A stretch of DNA of 64,000 nucleotides from Trichomonas gallinae (lineage: Eukaryota). Numbering within the stretch: position 1 is the stretch's first letter; each line of letters starts with the position of its first letter. The notes below the pieces were generated by a model. It did no database searches, was not told the DNA's origin, and worked only from the letters and a program-made list of their open reading frames with translations. Location: positions 1 through 64,000 of the forward strand of contig MRSU01005936.1 in NCBI GenBank assembly GCA_008369845.1. The letters are read 5' to 3'. Shown in pieces: positions 44,649 through 54,970 of this stretch. The position numbers and the translations under genes were made by a program.

Positions 44649-45461
44649 TCAATTAGAAGGCTGTTGGGATGTTTGAAGCTGTGCGTTTTGTGCAGCTTGT
44701 TGCTCTTCACGCATTTTTTGGAGCTTTTGACGCGTGTATTTGCCTCTCCAAGTTTTTTGTATTACAATTGCTGATTCTCTTTCTAAATCAAGAGGTCTTT
44801 GAAGCTCTATGATGCGCTTCTTTTCTTCGTGCTTATGTTGCTTAATTGTTTGAATAATTTGCTTATATTTTTTCACGATGATTTGATCTTCATCTAAGTC
44901 TTTACCACCACCCATCAGCTTGTTAAGCACGCTTCTAAGCTCATCGAAGTCTCTGTGATCGTGGCATAATCTTAATCTCATTTTAAGAATTAAAAGGATT
45001 CTTTCTTGAGCGAGAGCTTGTCGAATAAGCTTCTCATTCTCACGAATCAAATCTGTTTGTTGGTTTTGTTTATTAGAAAATTGAATGTTGTGAATATGGA
45101 TTAAATCATCTTCTTCGTGGTCTTCTTGTCTAAATGTATTTACTGCATCTTCGTATTCATTTAATCTGTTTGATCTTTCTTGTAATTTTAATGAAAATCC
45201 ATCGAGAATTGATTGAAAATCAGCGAATAACTCTCTTCTCAAGGAAGAACTATTCATGGCACCAGTAAGAAGGTTATATTGGCGCTTTGTCTTATCTAAC
45301 TTTGCTTGAAGGCGCTTGATTTGTGCTTCCATATCAGAAATTTTATCTTTAGAAGTCATTACAGTGCTCGCTCTCGTCCTGGGCTTTTTCTGGAATCCAC
45401 CAACAACTTGTGCTTTAGGTGTAATAACTCTCGCTGTTCCTTTTAATAACTTTGTATTCAT
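44649..45461 (-). CDS. Coiled-coil protein with IQ calmodulin-binding motif
   Basis: AIVIQKTWRGKYTRQKL near the C-terminus. Confidence 0.85.
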   Translation of the reverse strand: MNTKLLKGTARVITPKAQVVGGFQKKPRTRASTVMTSKDKISDMEAQIKRLQAKLDKTKRQYNLLTGAMNSSSLRRELFADFQSILDGFSLKLQERSNRLNEYEDAVNTFRQEDHEEDDLIHIHNIQFSNKQNQQTDLIRENEKLIRQALAQERILLILKMRLRLCHDHRDFDELRSVLNKLMGGGKDLDEDQIIVKKYKQIIQTIKQHKHEEKKRIIELQRPLDLERESAIVIQKTWRGKYTRQKLQKMREEQQAAQNAQLQTSQQPSN

Positions 45462-46084
45462 TACAATAAAAAAACGTGTAATATTTTGACATGTAACTTA
45501 TTTTTGTTTTGTAAATTAAATTTATCAAAAATACATTAAGAAGCGTAGATCAAACCCCTAATCCTATTAGCTTTAGAATCGTTCTTTTTTGATATATATT
45601 TTCAGAAACAACTCATTTTAAAATCTAAAATAAAATTAATTTCAAAAAATATAGTTGAAAGATAAAAATTTTATTCATTCATGTGGCAGCTTTGTTTGGA
45701 TTTTAAATTGAGAACAAGATAAAATAAAATTGAATTGATTAATATTAAAATTCGTAGAATTAAAATAGATGAATCGCATTAAGATACGTTTTGGTGTATA
45801 TTGATACTGTGAACATCTAGATTTAGCTCTGGAAATTGAATTTTTCATGAAGTAATTTAATAGGGAATCTATTAGGGAACAAATATATCACCCCTAACCC
45901 TTAATAATGCTGTATATGTTAAGCAACGTTGCCAATTTCTTTTTTAAAATTTTTAAATTTGGTTTTAAATGAAACTAGTGACGGTAAAAATGGATGCTTG
46001 GGGTTAACTTGTATATGAATGTTGTGCCCAAAAGTAAGATTAATCATTAAAATAGTACTATTGATTATAAGCAAGGCAGTTTCC

Positions 46085-46108
46085 TACGTGTGTGTGTGTG
46101 CGTATGCA
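46085..46108. repeat. GT microsatellite within a 24-bp alternating purine-pyrimidine tract
   Basis: TACGTGTGTGTGTGTGCGTATGCA, just downstream of the TMEM18 stop. Confidence 0.85.
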
Positions 46109-46121
46109 ATGGTAAATGTTG

Positions 46122-46541
46122 TTATTTCTTGGATAGTATCGCGTTGAAGTATAAATGAATTGATATTGTTTTGCATAAATCAAGCAAAAACTGGATTGCA
46201 ATAAGTACTGATAGAGTTGATAATGGTAAAAACCAAAATATCAATATGAAAATGCAAGTATCGTCGAAATAATTTTGGGAAAAATAATATTTTGACCAAT
46301 TTTTTGAGAAATATGAATTGACATCCTCTGTATATGTTAATGCTACCATTGTTATAAGAAATTGAACCGTCAAAACGGTAGTAATACCCTTACCTCTAAA
46401 ATATAAATAAAACCATGCTACAAGAATAATGAGATATAAGATAACAGGTGGATCATAGTACTTAACGCTGCATATATGCGCTAAAATTGTCTCGAATACC
46501 GAACGATCCAATGTTACTTCGTATAGTATGGTATCAGACAT
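46122..46541 (-). CDS. TMEM18: Transmembrane protein 18-like
   Basis: YTEDVNSYFSKNWSKYYFSQNYFDDTCIFI..FW..PL resembles TMEM18 (E.IN..AA.NW..FS..QYFD..G.FIS); AAAGTGAC at 46544-46551. Confidence 0.75.
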   Translation of the reverse strand: MSDTILYEVTLDRSVFETILAHICSVKYYDPPVILYLIILVAWFYLYFRGKGITTVLTVQFLITMVALTYTEDVNSYFSKNWSKYYFSQNYFDDTCIFILIFWFLPLSTLSVLIAIQFLLDLCKTISIHLYFNAILSKK

Positions 46542-47354
46542 ATGTCACTTTTGATTCTCACAACATTGAGAGAAAAAAATGAACTTAAAAAAATATTCAT
46601 TTTGATGTTATCTAGCTCTTTCATATGAATGGGAAAAGATAATCCTTGAGTTTGGGTGAGAAACAACGATTTAATTTTAATCTTGAATATTCTAAACTAA
46701 AATGGAATAAATAAGATTTAATTTCTTTGCTATTAATAGGAGGTCTACTATACTATCATGTTTACCTACTATGTTATTCTAATTCTATTCACCTATGTTA
46801 GTAGACTCCAGTTATTAATCTGGTGATTTATGCCAAATGTCAGAAATTGTCTGTCTCCAACTTTGTTTTTCTTTTGTCTTCATGTAAAATTTACCAATGA
46901 AAAACAAAATCTTAAATAAAATATATATGATATATTAATATTTCATGAAAATCACCCCATAAATCATCATATTTCGTTTGCAATATATTTTATGGTGTAT
47001 CAATATGCATGTACTTGATTTTGAGACTCTATTTTATATTATTTGAAGTTCGAAAACGATAATTTAAGTCTAAATGGATGTCAATGATACTTTTAAATAA
47101 TGCTATTATTGAAGATCAACTTTATATTCATCGGTTGCTAAATCGATGCTCAATTTCAATTTTTGAAGAACAAATAAATTCAAGAATTGGAGAATTTTGG
47201 GTGAAAAATAATGATTTCGATTTATTTGCTCTCAAAATGAAAACGGTTTGCCACTAGCAAGATAATTTGAAATGTTTATTTTTTTACATTCATTCAAATT
47301 GATTTCAATGTATTTCAAATATTTGTGTATTAATAGCATCACTTCATATTAGTC

Positions 47355-47642
47355 ATGTCGCAGTGCTCATGCTGTTGCAAAGAAGGATGCAAGAAGGCTT
47401 CATGCTGTGTTGACTGCAAGTGTGGACCAGAATGTCAGTGTGGAGAAAACTGCTTCTGCACAAAAGGTGACCAGTGTGAATGCTGCAAGAAGAACGGCTG
47501 CTGTGGTACAGGTTGCAAGAAGGCTCCATGCTGTGTTGACTGCAAGTGTGGACCAGAATGTCAGTGTGGAGAAAACTGCTGCAGCACAAAAGGTGAACAG
47601 CGTGAATGCTGCAAGAAGAACGGCTGCTGCGGTTCCAAGTAA
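47355..47642 (+). CDS. Metallothionein-like Cys-rich protein (95 aa)
   Basis: 31 Cys in CC/CxC/CCC clusters, a single aromatic residue; Inr-like TCACT at 47339-47343; stop in TAAA. Confidence 0.9.
   Translation: MSQCSCCCKEGCKKASCCVDCKCGPECQCGENCFCTKGDQCECCKKNGCCGTGCKKAPCCVDCKCGPECQCGENCCSTKGEQRECCKKNGCCGSK
47388..47633 (+). repeat. 126-bp (42-codon) tandem duplication inside the metallothionein
   Basis: Copies start at 47388 and 47514 (TGCAAGAAGGCT...) and are near-identical. Confidence 0.95.
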
Positions 47643-47684
47643 AAATATTTTAAATAAACAATTAGAAACGTAAATTTTTATAAA

Positions 47685-48130
47685 TTAAATGATTGGATGA
47701 GATGCAGCTTTTAGCATAAATCTCTTGAATTATCTATATTCAAGCGATTCATTCTTATCTTTATCACCGCTATCAAACATTTTCTTCATTCTATCAAATA
47801 ACGGCTAAATTTTTAAGTAATACAACGAATTAATTAAACTCTATAGAGACTGAATGATCTGTATCGAGTTGCACGAATAGCATTTTTGAGATTAGTTCTG
47901 GAATGCGATCAACACGTTTTAAATTAAGCAAGAATATCTTGAATTCTTCAAATGATAATGAATCACTAATGTCTTTGCGAAGCAAAAACCATATGAATGT
48001 AGTAAAGAAATCTGGATTTTCGAAATTTAATTCTTTTAACATTTCAATCATCTCTGACACCTGACTTATAGCTATCAACTTTATCATATAAGTCCTTTAT
48101 GGCTGCTAGAATATTGGGATAACCTTGCTC
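47685..48130 (-). pseudogene. Decayed four-EF-hand (calmodulin-like) gene
   Basis: Loops DSYKSGV.., KDISDSLSFEEF, DTDHSVSIEFN*F and DKDKNESLEYR*F across three frames, with stops and frameshifts. Confidence 0.7.
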
Positions 48131-48779
48131 GGGAATTATCAGTTAAATTAAAATATTTCAAATTGATACCCGCAGTTTAAATAAATTGAATAATAGTCAA
48201 AAAATGTATGATTACAAAAACAAATATGTTTAATTTGATGACGACAATTTATATTTCAAAGGAAAAATATGTCTGTTTATTCCTATTAATATCATAAGAA
48301 TGATTTTTGATTCAATGAATTGATAAGAAAAAAAATTGATGAAAGTCAAAAACATTGATTATACCTATATTAATTGTATTAAGTAGGCACATTTCAATTC
48401 AAACATCAAAAAATAAATTTATTTGGAATGCATGATTGTCTATTTCATGTGGTGATTGACGTGCAAATATAAAAAAATCGATGTTATCCCATGCGGTAAA
48501 CAGTCGCACTTAATTATTTACTTTTATTAAAATTTAAAGTTAAAATAACCATAAGCATGGTAATGATTGATTTCACACATTACTTCATGATTTTTTAACT
48601 ACTGAATGGTGACTTATGGCGCCTAAATTCTGTCACCATTCGTGATGCATAATGCTATTTATGTTTAAAAGGAGAAAATTATTGATTCTGATGAGATTGT
48701 TTTTCCGGGAAAAAAAAGTCTTATTTTGTGTTCCTAATCATTCAAATAAATAAAATAATATGAAATGAATTACATTCTA

Positions 48780-49331
48780 TCACTCAATTGCTTCAGAAAA
48801 ACGATTTTTCGTACCATAAAATAGAGCTGTATTACCTTCATTATCTTTTGTATTGTTATCTATTCCAGGAACTGCGAGAAGGAGCTCGATAACTGTAAGG
48901 TGATCACTACGATAAGATCTTGAAGCAAGAATCAAAGCTGTTTTGCCTTCATTGTCTTTTGCATTGTCATCTATTCCAGGAACACTGAGAAGTAATTTTA
49001 CAACACTTTAAACACCATATAATGAATCATACATCAAAGCTGTTCTGTTTGCTTCGCCTTTTGCGTTGACATTTATTTCGGGAACTGCGAGAAGGAGTTT
49101 GACAACTTCATGATGACCTTGTTTTGAGACCCAAATCAATGCTGTGAGTTTCCATTCGACTCTGGAATTAATATCAAAGTTAGAATCGATCAAAAGATCA
49201 GTCAAGTCTTGATTGTTTTCTGTTAATGCTTTAGTGAAGGTGTTAAAATAATTATCACAGCCACACTCTTTTACGTAAATATATTTTTCTCGGACTGTAA
49301 ATAACATTGCATCTCTATCTTTTTCTATCAC
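48780..49331 (-). pseudogene. 5'-truncated ankyrin gene with in-frame stop
   Basis: After TAA at 49008-49010 the same frame continues SVVKLLLSVPGIDDNAKDNEGKTAL...LLLAVPGIDNNTKDNEGNTALFY to TGA at 48780. Confidence 0.85.
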
Positions 49332-49332
49332 A

Positions 49333-49450
49333 ATTTATTTGTCAAAAGTTCGTGTTTATTGGTCAAAAATGAGCAATTATGCGTCAAAAAATGAAGATTT
49401 ATTTGTCAAAAGCTCGTATTTATTGGTCAGAAATTACTGTTTATTTGTCA
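49333..49450. repeat. Degenerate ~21-bp tandem array (six TTATTKGTCA-like units)
   Basis: GTCA at 49341, 49362, 49383, 49405, 49426, 49447; 38-bp direct repeat 49333-49370 / 49397-49434 with 3 mismatches. Confidence 0.85.
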
Positions 49451-49575
49451 CAAAAATGAAAATTGAAAATTTTTGCGATAAAACATAATAAATCGCATTA
49501 GTTATATATTTTACACCTATTTCTATCCAAAAATCGAGAAAAATATTTTGATGACGAAAATTTGCGTCATAATAA

Positions 49576-50430
49576 ATGGATGCTCCAGAAATTGCTTTTT
49601 TCAGTAAGAAACGAACCGTAACTCGCAGCCCATCGTCAGGAAGCGACGCTTCAAGCCCCGATGGACTGCAAATACCAAGTGAAATGCAGTTTGGCTCGCA
49701 ATTAACTGCATTTCAGTCAATGGAAGCCACAGATGAAGAAGTTTTGGAAATAATCAAATCTGTTGGCCCATCTGCACGCGAAATAACATCTATGAACTCA
49801 ATGAGCTCCACTGAATCTTGGGCATCTTTCCAATCTTTTGGTCCTCGCTGCCAAAGGTGCGGAAATCCATGCGGAGACGATGTTGTTTACTTTGAAAACC
49901 TTACATACCATAAAAGACACTTCACATGCAAAAAATGCAATCAACCTTTAGTAGAGCCAATTTTAATAGGCAATGAAGTATACTGCTTGATCTGCTCGCA
50001 GGGCGACTCTCCTTTACCGTCTCCTGAAGATCAAGGATGCAATATCTGCAGAAAACCATTTTGCGAGACATCAGTGATTGTTGCAGGCAAGTGCTATTGT
50101 AAAGATCACTTTAGATGCGCAACATGCCACAAACCTTTGACAATTGATAATTATCGTCAAAGAAAAGGCCACATTTACTGCGTTGAGCATGCTCCGCAAA
50201 GACCATTTGTCCACTGTAGTGAATGTGGAGGTGAGATTACTGATAAATCAATTAACGCGCTCGGACAAAATTTCCATCCATCTTGTTTCTGCTGTGTTTT
50301 ATGCAAAGAAAACTTGGCCAACAAGGTCTTCACAGCATGGAAGAACAAGCCTCTTTGCCAAGAATGTTTCAAGAAATTACCAAATCATGTGAAAATTGCA
50401 ATAACAAAAGGAACCCTACGTGGTGCTTGA
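49576..50430 (+). CDS. LIM domain protein (three LIM domains, paxillin-like)
   Basis: CQRC..H..HFTCKKC..CLIC; CNIC..C..HFRCATC..CVEH; CSEC..H..CFCCVLC..CQEC. Confidence 0.93.
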   Translation: MDAPEIAFFSKKRTVTRSPSSGSDASSPDGLQIPSEMQFGSQLTAFQSMEATDEEVLEIIKSVGPSAREITSMNSMSSTESWASFQSFGPRCQRCGNPCGDDVVYFENLTYHKRHFTCKKCNQPLVEPILIGNEVYCLICSQGDSPLPSPEDQGCNICRKPFCETSVIVAGKCYCKDHFRCATCHKPLTIDNYRQRKGHIYCVEHAPQRPFVHCSECGGEITDKSINALGQNFHPSCFCCVLCKENLANKVFTAWKNKPLCQECFKKLPNHVKIAITKGTLRGA

Positions 50431-50656
50431 GCATTCATATGGTTTTGATTCAAAATACGTATGTTTTGTACTCTAATACTCGTTATATTATTTGTTTTAT
50501 ATTATTCGGCATTTTCTACCCTAAAAATCATCATATAATTATATATAATGCGTTAAATTGATTCTTTCAATGTTTATTTTTGCAAAATATCGAAAAATTA
50601 AAAATAAATTTTTTATGGAATAAAAGAAAAATATAAATAAATACGAGCAAAAATAT

Positions 50657-51787
50657 TTATGGTTCATTAATCTGCGCTGCAACACTCTTCAACCACAATG
50701 CATTATCCATTTTACGATCAACAACTAACAACCTGTCGTAGAAATTAACAACCTGGTTGTAATTTGAATCGTAACGGTAGTATTCATTGGTTTCAAGATC
50801 AATTTTGCCGATCAAAATTCCGGAGCGAATTGCGCTCTTCACGTGAGGAAGAACCTTTTCGAGTGGTAAATTGATGTCGTTAGCAAGCGTACTAATGTTA
50901 ATGCGTGAACATGGAAGGATAAAGTTAATAATACTCATGCGGAGAATCCTATCAACTAAAAGATCAGCAACTGGAGCAGCGTAAATGCTATCTAACAAAC
51001 AATCTTTGATTTTCATGACATTTTGAATAGCGTCCTTATAGTCATGTGAATCAAATGATGTTACGATTTGGGCAATATTTGGAAGAACGTAGTCCGGATA
51101 GACATTCTCGATTTTTCTGTACATGTCGATAACTGACGATGCTGTTGATGTTGCAAGAGAAACAATCATAATTAATTGAATAATTCCGAAATAACTGATA
51201 AGGAATGATTGTTCGTGACGAAGGAATTGTGTTTCTATATCCAATCTTTGGGCAATTAAGCCAGCTTCATCGATATGACCTGAAGCAACTGCCATAATAA
51301 ATCTATAAATCAAATTTCCATCTTTGCATGCAAGATGGTATGCCATATTGTAATCCTCGAGGATAAAGTAGGCACGTATGCGTTGTGTGTAATATTTTTG
51401 GTACCTTTCGCTTGTTTTCTTTAATTTTTCATAATGTTTAAGTGCAGATGCATATTGTAAAGAATTAATATCTTTGATAAATTTGGTATCATAGCTTGTT
51501 TTCTCATCAAGTCCTGATCCAAATTCACGCTTCGAACTATCTTTTTCCTCTTTTTTGATTTGACTTCCGATGATAATTTTAGCATCTTTGTTGGTTTTAG
51601 CCTCTTCTACCAACTTAGGAAGTTCTTCATTTGATGTTTCTTGAATGATTCTGCGCAATTCATTCTCAATCATTGACCTTGATGCTGGCTCTGTCTCTTT
51701 ACGGAGTAACATGAGGTTATACTTCGCACTGATGCCGAGCTCGAGGTTCTGAGTATATTTGTTGATGCGTTGCTGGCGCTCAGTCAT
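50657..51787 (-). CDS. PCI-domain protein, CSN1/Rpn7-like (divergent)
   Basis: LLDSIYAAPVADLLVDRI...FILPCSRINISTLA...IRSGILIGKID matches the PCI domain of CSN1-type subunits. Confidence 0.7.
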   Translation of the reverse strand: MTERQQRINKYTQNLELGISAKYNLMLLRKETEPASRSMIENELRRIIQETSNEELPKLVEEAKTNKDAKIIIGSQIKKEEKDSSKREFGSGLDEKTSYDTKFIKDINSLQYASALKHYEKLKKTSERYQKYYTQRIRAYFILEDYNMAYHLACKDGNLIYRFIMAVASGHIDEAGLIAQRLDIETQFLRHEQSFLISYFGIIQLIMIVSLATSTASSVIDMYRKIENVYPDYVLPNIAQIVTSFDSHDYKDAIQNVMKIKDCLLDSIYAAPVADLLVDRILRMSIINFILPCSRINISTLANDINLPLEKVLPHVKSAIRSGILIGKIDLETNEYYRYDSNYNQVVNFYDRLLVVDRKMDNALWLKSVAAQINEP

Positions 51788-52502
51788 CTATTATGTCATA
51801 ATTTTCGATTCAGAAGTTTACAACAAATATTGCTAGATGGATTTTTATTTTCGCTATTTTATTGGTTATTTTGGATCTTTATCCTATTTTATATCTATAT
51901 TTCACATAAAAATGTTATTAAATTTGGTGTTTGCCCCTAAATTAATTTATATTTAAAGGGGCTGGATAAATAAAACAGGGGATTATAAAATTTGCCAAAA
52001 AGGTCAGTATTCAAATTTCGGAGATGAATAACAACGGCAGTATGTTGATTTCAAATAAATATTTCATATCTATAAACTTAAATTTGTTTAATTCGATATA
52101 TTTTAATTTATCGAAATATATTCTGGAAAAAAAAACATTTATTGAATATATTGTACTATAATTCTGCTAAAATTGGAGTATAAATTAATATGAAACAACA
52201 AAAGATATGCATTGCTGTTAAAGGATTTAAAATCGAAGATCATATCAGGACTGAAAAGAGCATATCCAGTGACTGTTTTGTAGAGAATGAATCAGCATAA
52301 AGTAATGAGAAAATCCGTCGCTCAGTTAAGCAAGATAACGATTTGTGATGGAGTTGCTCGTGAAGAGATTCTTCAAGTCCGAAAATTGAATACTGACCTT
52401 TTCAGCAAAATTTATTATCCCCTATTTTATTTATTCAGCCCCTTCCAATATAAAATGAGGGGTTTCTAAAAATTTATTGGGATTTTGTCAGTTTTCTAGA
52501 AA

Positions 52503-52838
52503 ATGGAAAAAGCCAAAAAAATAAAAGAAGAGGAAAGAGAAAGGTATCCAGTTAAAATTCTTCTTCGTAAAGCTAAAGTTATAAGAAACAAAATCATGGG
52601 TATAAAGGATGATAACGATGACGTTGATTTAGATGCAATGTTTAATGATATTAAAAAAGCCAAGAAAGAAAAGCTCGCTCGTGATGCTGCCCTCAAGGAG
52701 GCAATGGAGAAATCAAAGCAAAAACGTAGATTTACCGAAGATGGACTTCCTATCTTTACCGAAGCTGAACTGAAAATGGATAATCCAAAGGCTGGAACAA
52801 CACCATTATGTCCATTTGATTGTGATTGCTGTTTCTAA
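52503..52838 (+). CDS. DUF1764-family protein
   Basis: C-terminal RRFTEDGLPIFTEAEL...GTTPLCPFDCDCCF; exact start uncertain. Confidence 0.85.
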   Translation: MEKAKKIKEEERERYPVKILLRKAKVIRNKIMGIKDDNDDVDLDAMFNDIKKAKKEKLARDAALKEAMEKSKQKRRFTEDGLPIFTEAELKMDNPKAGTTPLCPFDCDCCF

Positions 52839-53431
52839 CTTATATATTATTGGCAATTTAATTTTTGTTTCTCAAAATCATGCCTCAAATCATCATCAAT
52901 ATGAATTGTTCAATAATGTTTTGTACACAAATACCAGATAATATATTAAAAGAATGTATATATGTAACAAATTAAATGCATTATTTCAAATTCCATGTAT
53001 AAATGTAACTGATTAAACATTCAAAAAATCTAAACTATATATTGTTTAACCACAACAGTTTCCGTGATTTTTGCACATTCACTCTATTTGTTTCTTTGTG
53101 ATTAATTTTCTTTTATTGGAGCTTAGTAGGCAACACATAGTAATATCTCTCATTTATCAAGCATTCAAACATGTTATTGTTCTATCACAATCATTTATAG
53201 CACTGTGGTTACAAAAGGTATTATTAAGATATGAGCATAACACTTTAACATTATTTCCAGCTTTCTGTATTCCATAATAATACACTACTATTAAGAAAAT
53301 AATGGTTGTATGATTTGAATATGAGATTTATGGGTAGGCAAATAATAATTAGGTAGGAAAAAGATGATTTTTGGGAATTTAATATTATCTATTTTATGAA
53401 AATCATGTTTTTTAAAAAACTAATAGATGAA

Positions 53432-54343
53432 TTAAGCAAAGTACTGTGAAGTTGTCTCATCTGGAATAACGCGTTTGTCATTTGGAACAGCGCTAAATGT
53501 AACAAATGATTTTTCGAAGTTTTCATTAATTTTCATAACAGAAGCAAGGTTTCCAGCGCGATACATATAGTTAGGAGCAGACCAAACCGTAACAAGTTGC
53601 TCTCCCTTGAAATGCCATTGATAACCATTAACAGCTAATTGGTGAGCGCGAACGATTAAATCAACTTCGTTATTGCGGCAGAATTCCTGGACGGGCTTCG
53701 TGCCGAATAACCAGCCAGCTCCTCTCTGATTTACGGCCCAGCCTTCGATTTCGTCTGGATCACTCCATGTGAGATCTGCTAACGCGCCTGTATTAGGAAG
53801 TTCATCAGAACGTTCGATTAATGAGACTTGGTCAATTAATTTGATTTCTGGGCTGAGACCACCGTGAATAGCGAAAACTCTATTTGCTATGACTGAACCA
53901 ATTGGAAGAAGATCGAAAACTTCGTTGCAAAGGCGCCAAATACCAGCGTGTCCGTAAACATTGATGCATTCATCGTAAAAACCGTAGAGTTGATTGACCT
54001 GTCGGCACTCATGGTTTCCTCTGAGGAGGTAGATGTTCTCTGGATACTTCAATTTCAAGCAGGCGAGATATGCGAATGTTTCGAGTGAATAATAGCCACG
54101 GTCTACGTAATCACCGAGGAAAAGATATCTGTTATTTGTTGGACCACCGGAAATTTCGAAAAGTTCGAAAAGATCATAGAGCTGTCCATGGATATCGCCG
54201 CAAATTGTGATAGGAAGTGGAAGTGGGTGAATTGTGCCCTCTTGGTATAAAACTTCCATCAATTTGTTGAAGATCAGCGTGATCTGATCCTCTGTCAGCC
54301 TTTTTCCACCGCGGATTGTTTCGAGATAAAGATCTAAATCCAT
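53432..54343 (-). CDS. PP2A-like (PP4/PP6-type) Ser/Thr phosphatase catalytic subunit
   Basis: GDIHGQ, GDYVDRG, RGNHE, HGGLSP, WSDP, RAHQ, WSAPNY; Inr-like GTCACTTT at 54362-54369. Confidence 0.96.
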   Translation of the reverse strand: MDLDLYLETIRGGKRLTEDQITLIFNKLMEVLYQEGTIHPLPLPITICGDIHGQLYDLFELFEISGGPTNNRYLFLGDYVDRGYYSLETFAYLACLKLKYPENIYLLRGNHECRQVNQLYGFYDECINVYGHAGIWRLCNEVFDLLPIGSVIANRVFAIHGGLSPEIKLIDQVSLIERSDELPNTGALADLTWSDPDEIEGWAVNQRGAGWLFGTKPVQEFCRNNEVDLIVRAHQLAVNGYQWHFKGEQLVTVWSAPNYMYRAGNLASVMKINENFEKSFVTFSAVPNDKRVIPDETTSQYFA

Positions 54344-54970
54344 TGGACGATAGAATGATTAAAAGTGACAAAAAAAATAATAAACTTTTTCCTGCAACTG
54401 TTTTTTAGACTTTTTCTATATCATATCTATATATTTGGTAATTAATCTTTTGCTATAATTATCTTCTATATATGTAGATTGTTATGGTGATGGTTATGCA
54501 TCATTATTAAAGAAAACTATTATTTTATAAACCGATTTTTTCCAATTGTAAATATTCCAAATTTGGCAGGGGTTGAAACCAATAATCGTTTTTCTCTCAA
54601 AATTAAATAGGGAATGGAACCTTTTTTTTTTGAAATTCCATCATTACAATTTTTTAATAACTCACACCATATGCATCCAATTCTTTTCACTATAGAGATT
54701 TAAAACACATAGAAGTGTAGGTTGAAACATTCTTATTTTATTTCTTTCCATACATTATTGCAAACATTGATTGAGGTAAAGTTTAAACTTATTGCACTAC
54801 AGGTTACCCCAGGAGTATTGGAAATTAGATGTAGTTGGTTAAATCAAGTATCCTTACTCCATGATATCATGATTGTAATAATAGGAAAGTAATGAAGAAA
54901 GAGCATCTTTAAAGCAAAAAATTGCTGTTGTAAGAATAAAAAATTGATAAACCAACAATGCTGTTCATTC

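Noticed and set aside
45550..46010. Telomere-like CCCTAA/TTAGGG words
   Set aside because: Isolated and non-tandem; too few to distinguish from chance.
46550..47354. Metal response elements upstream of the metallothionein
   Set aside because: No exact TGCRCNC was seen; TGCTCTC near 47227 is only a partial match.
24781..49010. Stop-codon reassignment (TAA = Glu/Gln) suggested by in-frame TAAs
   Set aside because: Conserved genes (RPS20, phosphatase, HydF) end at TAA at their expected C-termini, and most of the affected loci also carry frameshifts or truncations.
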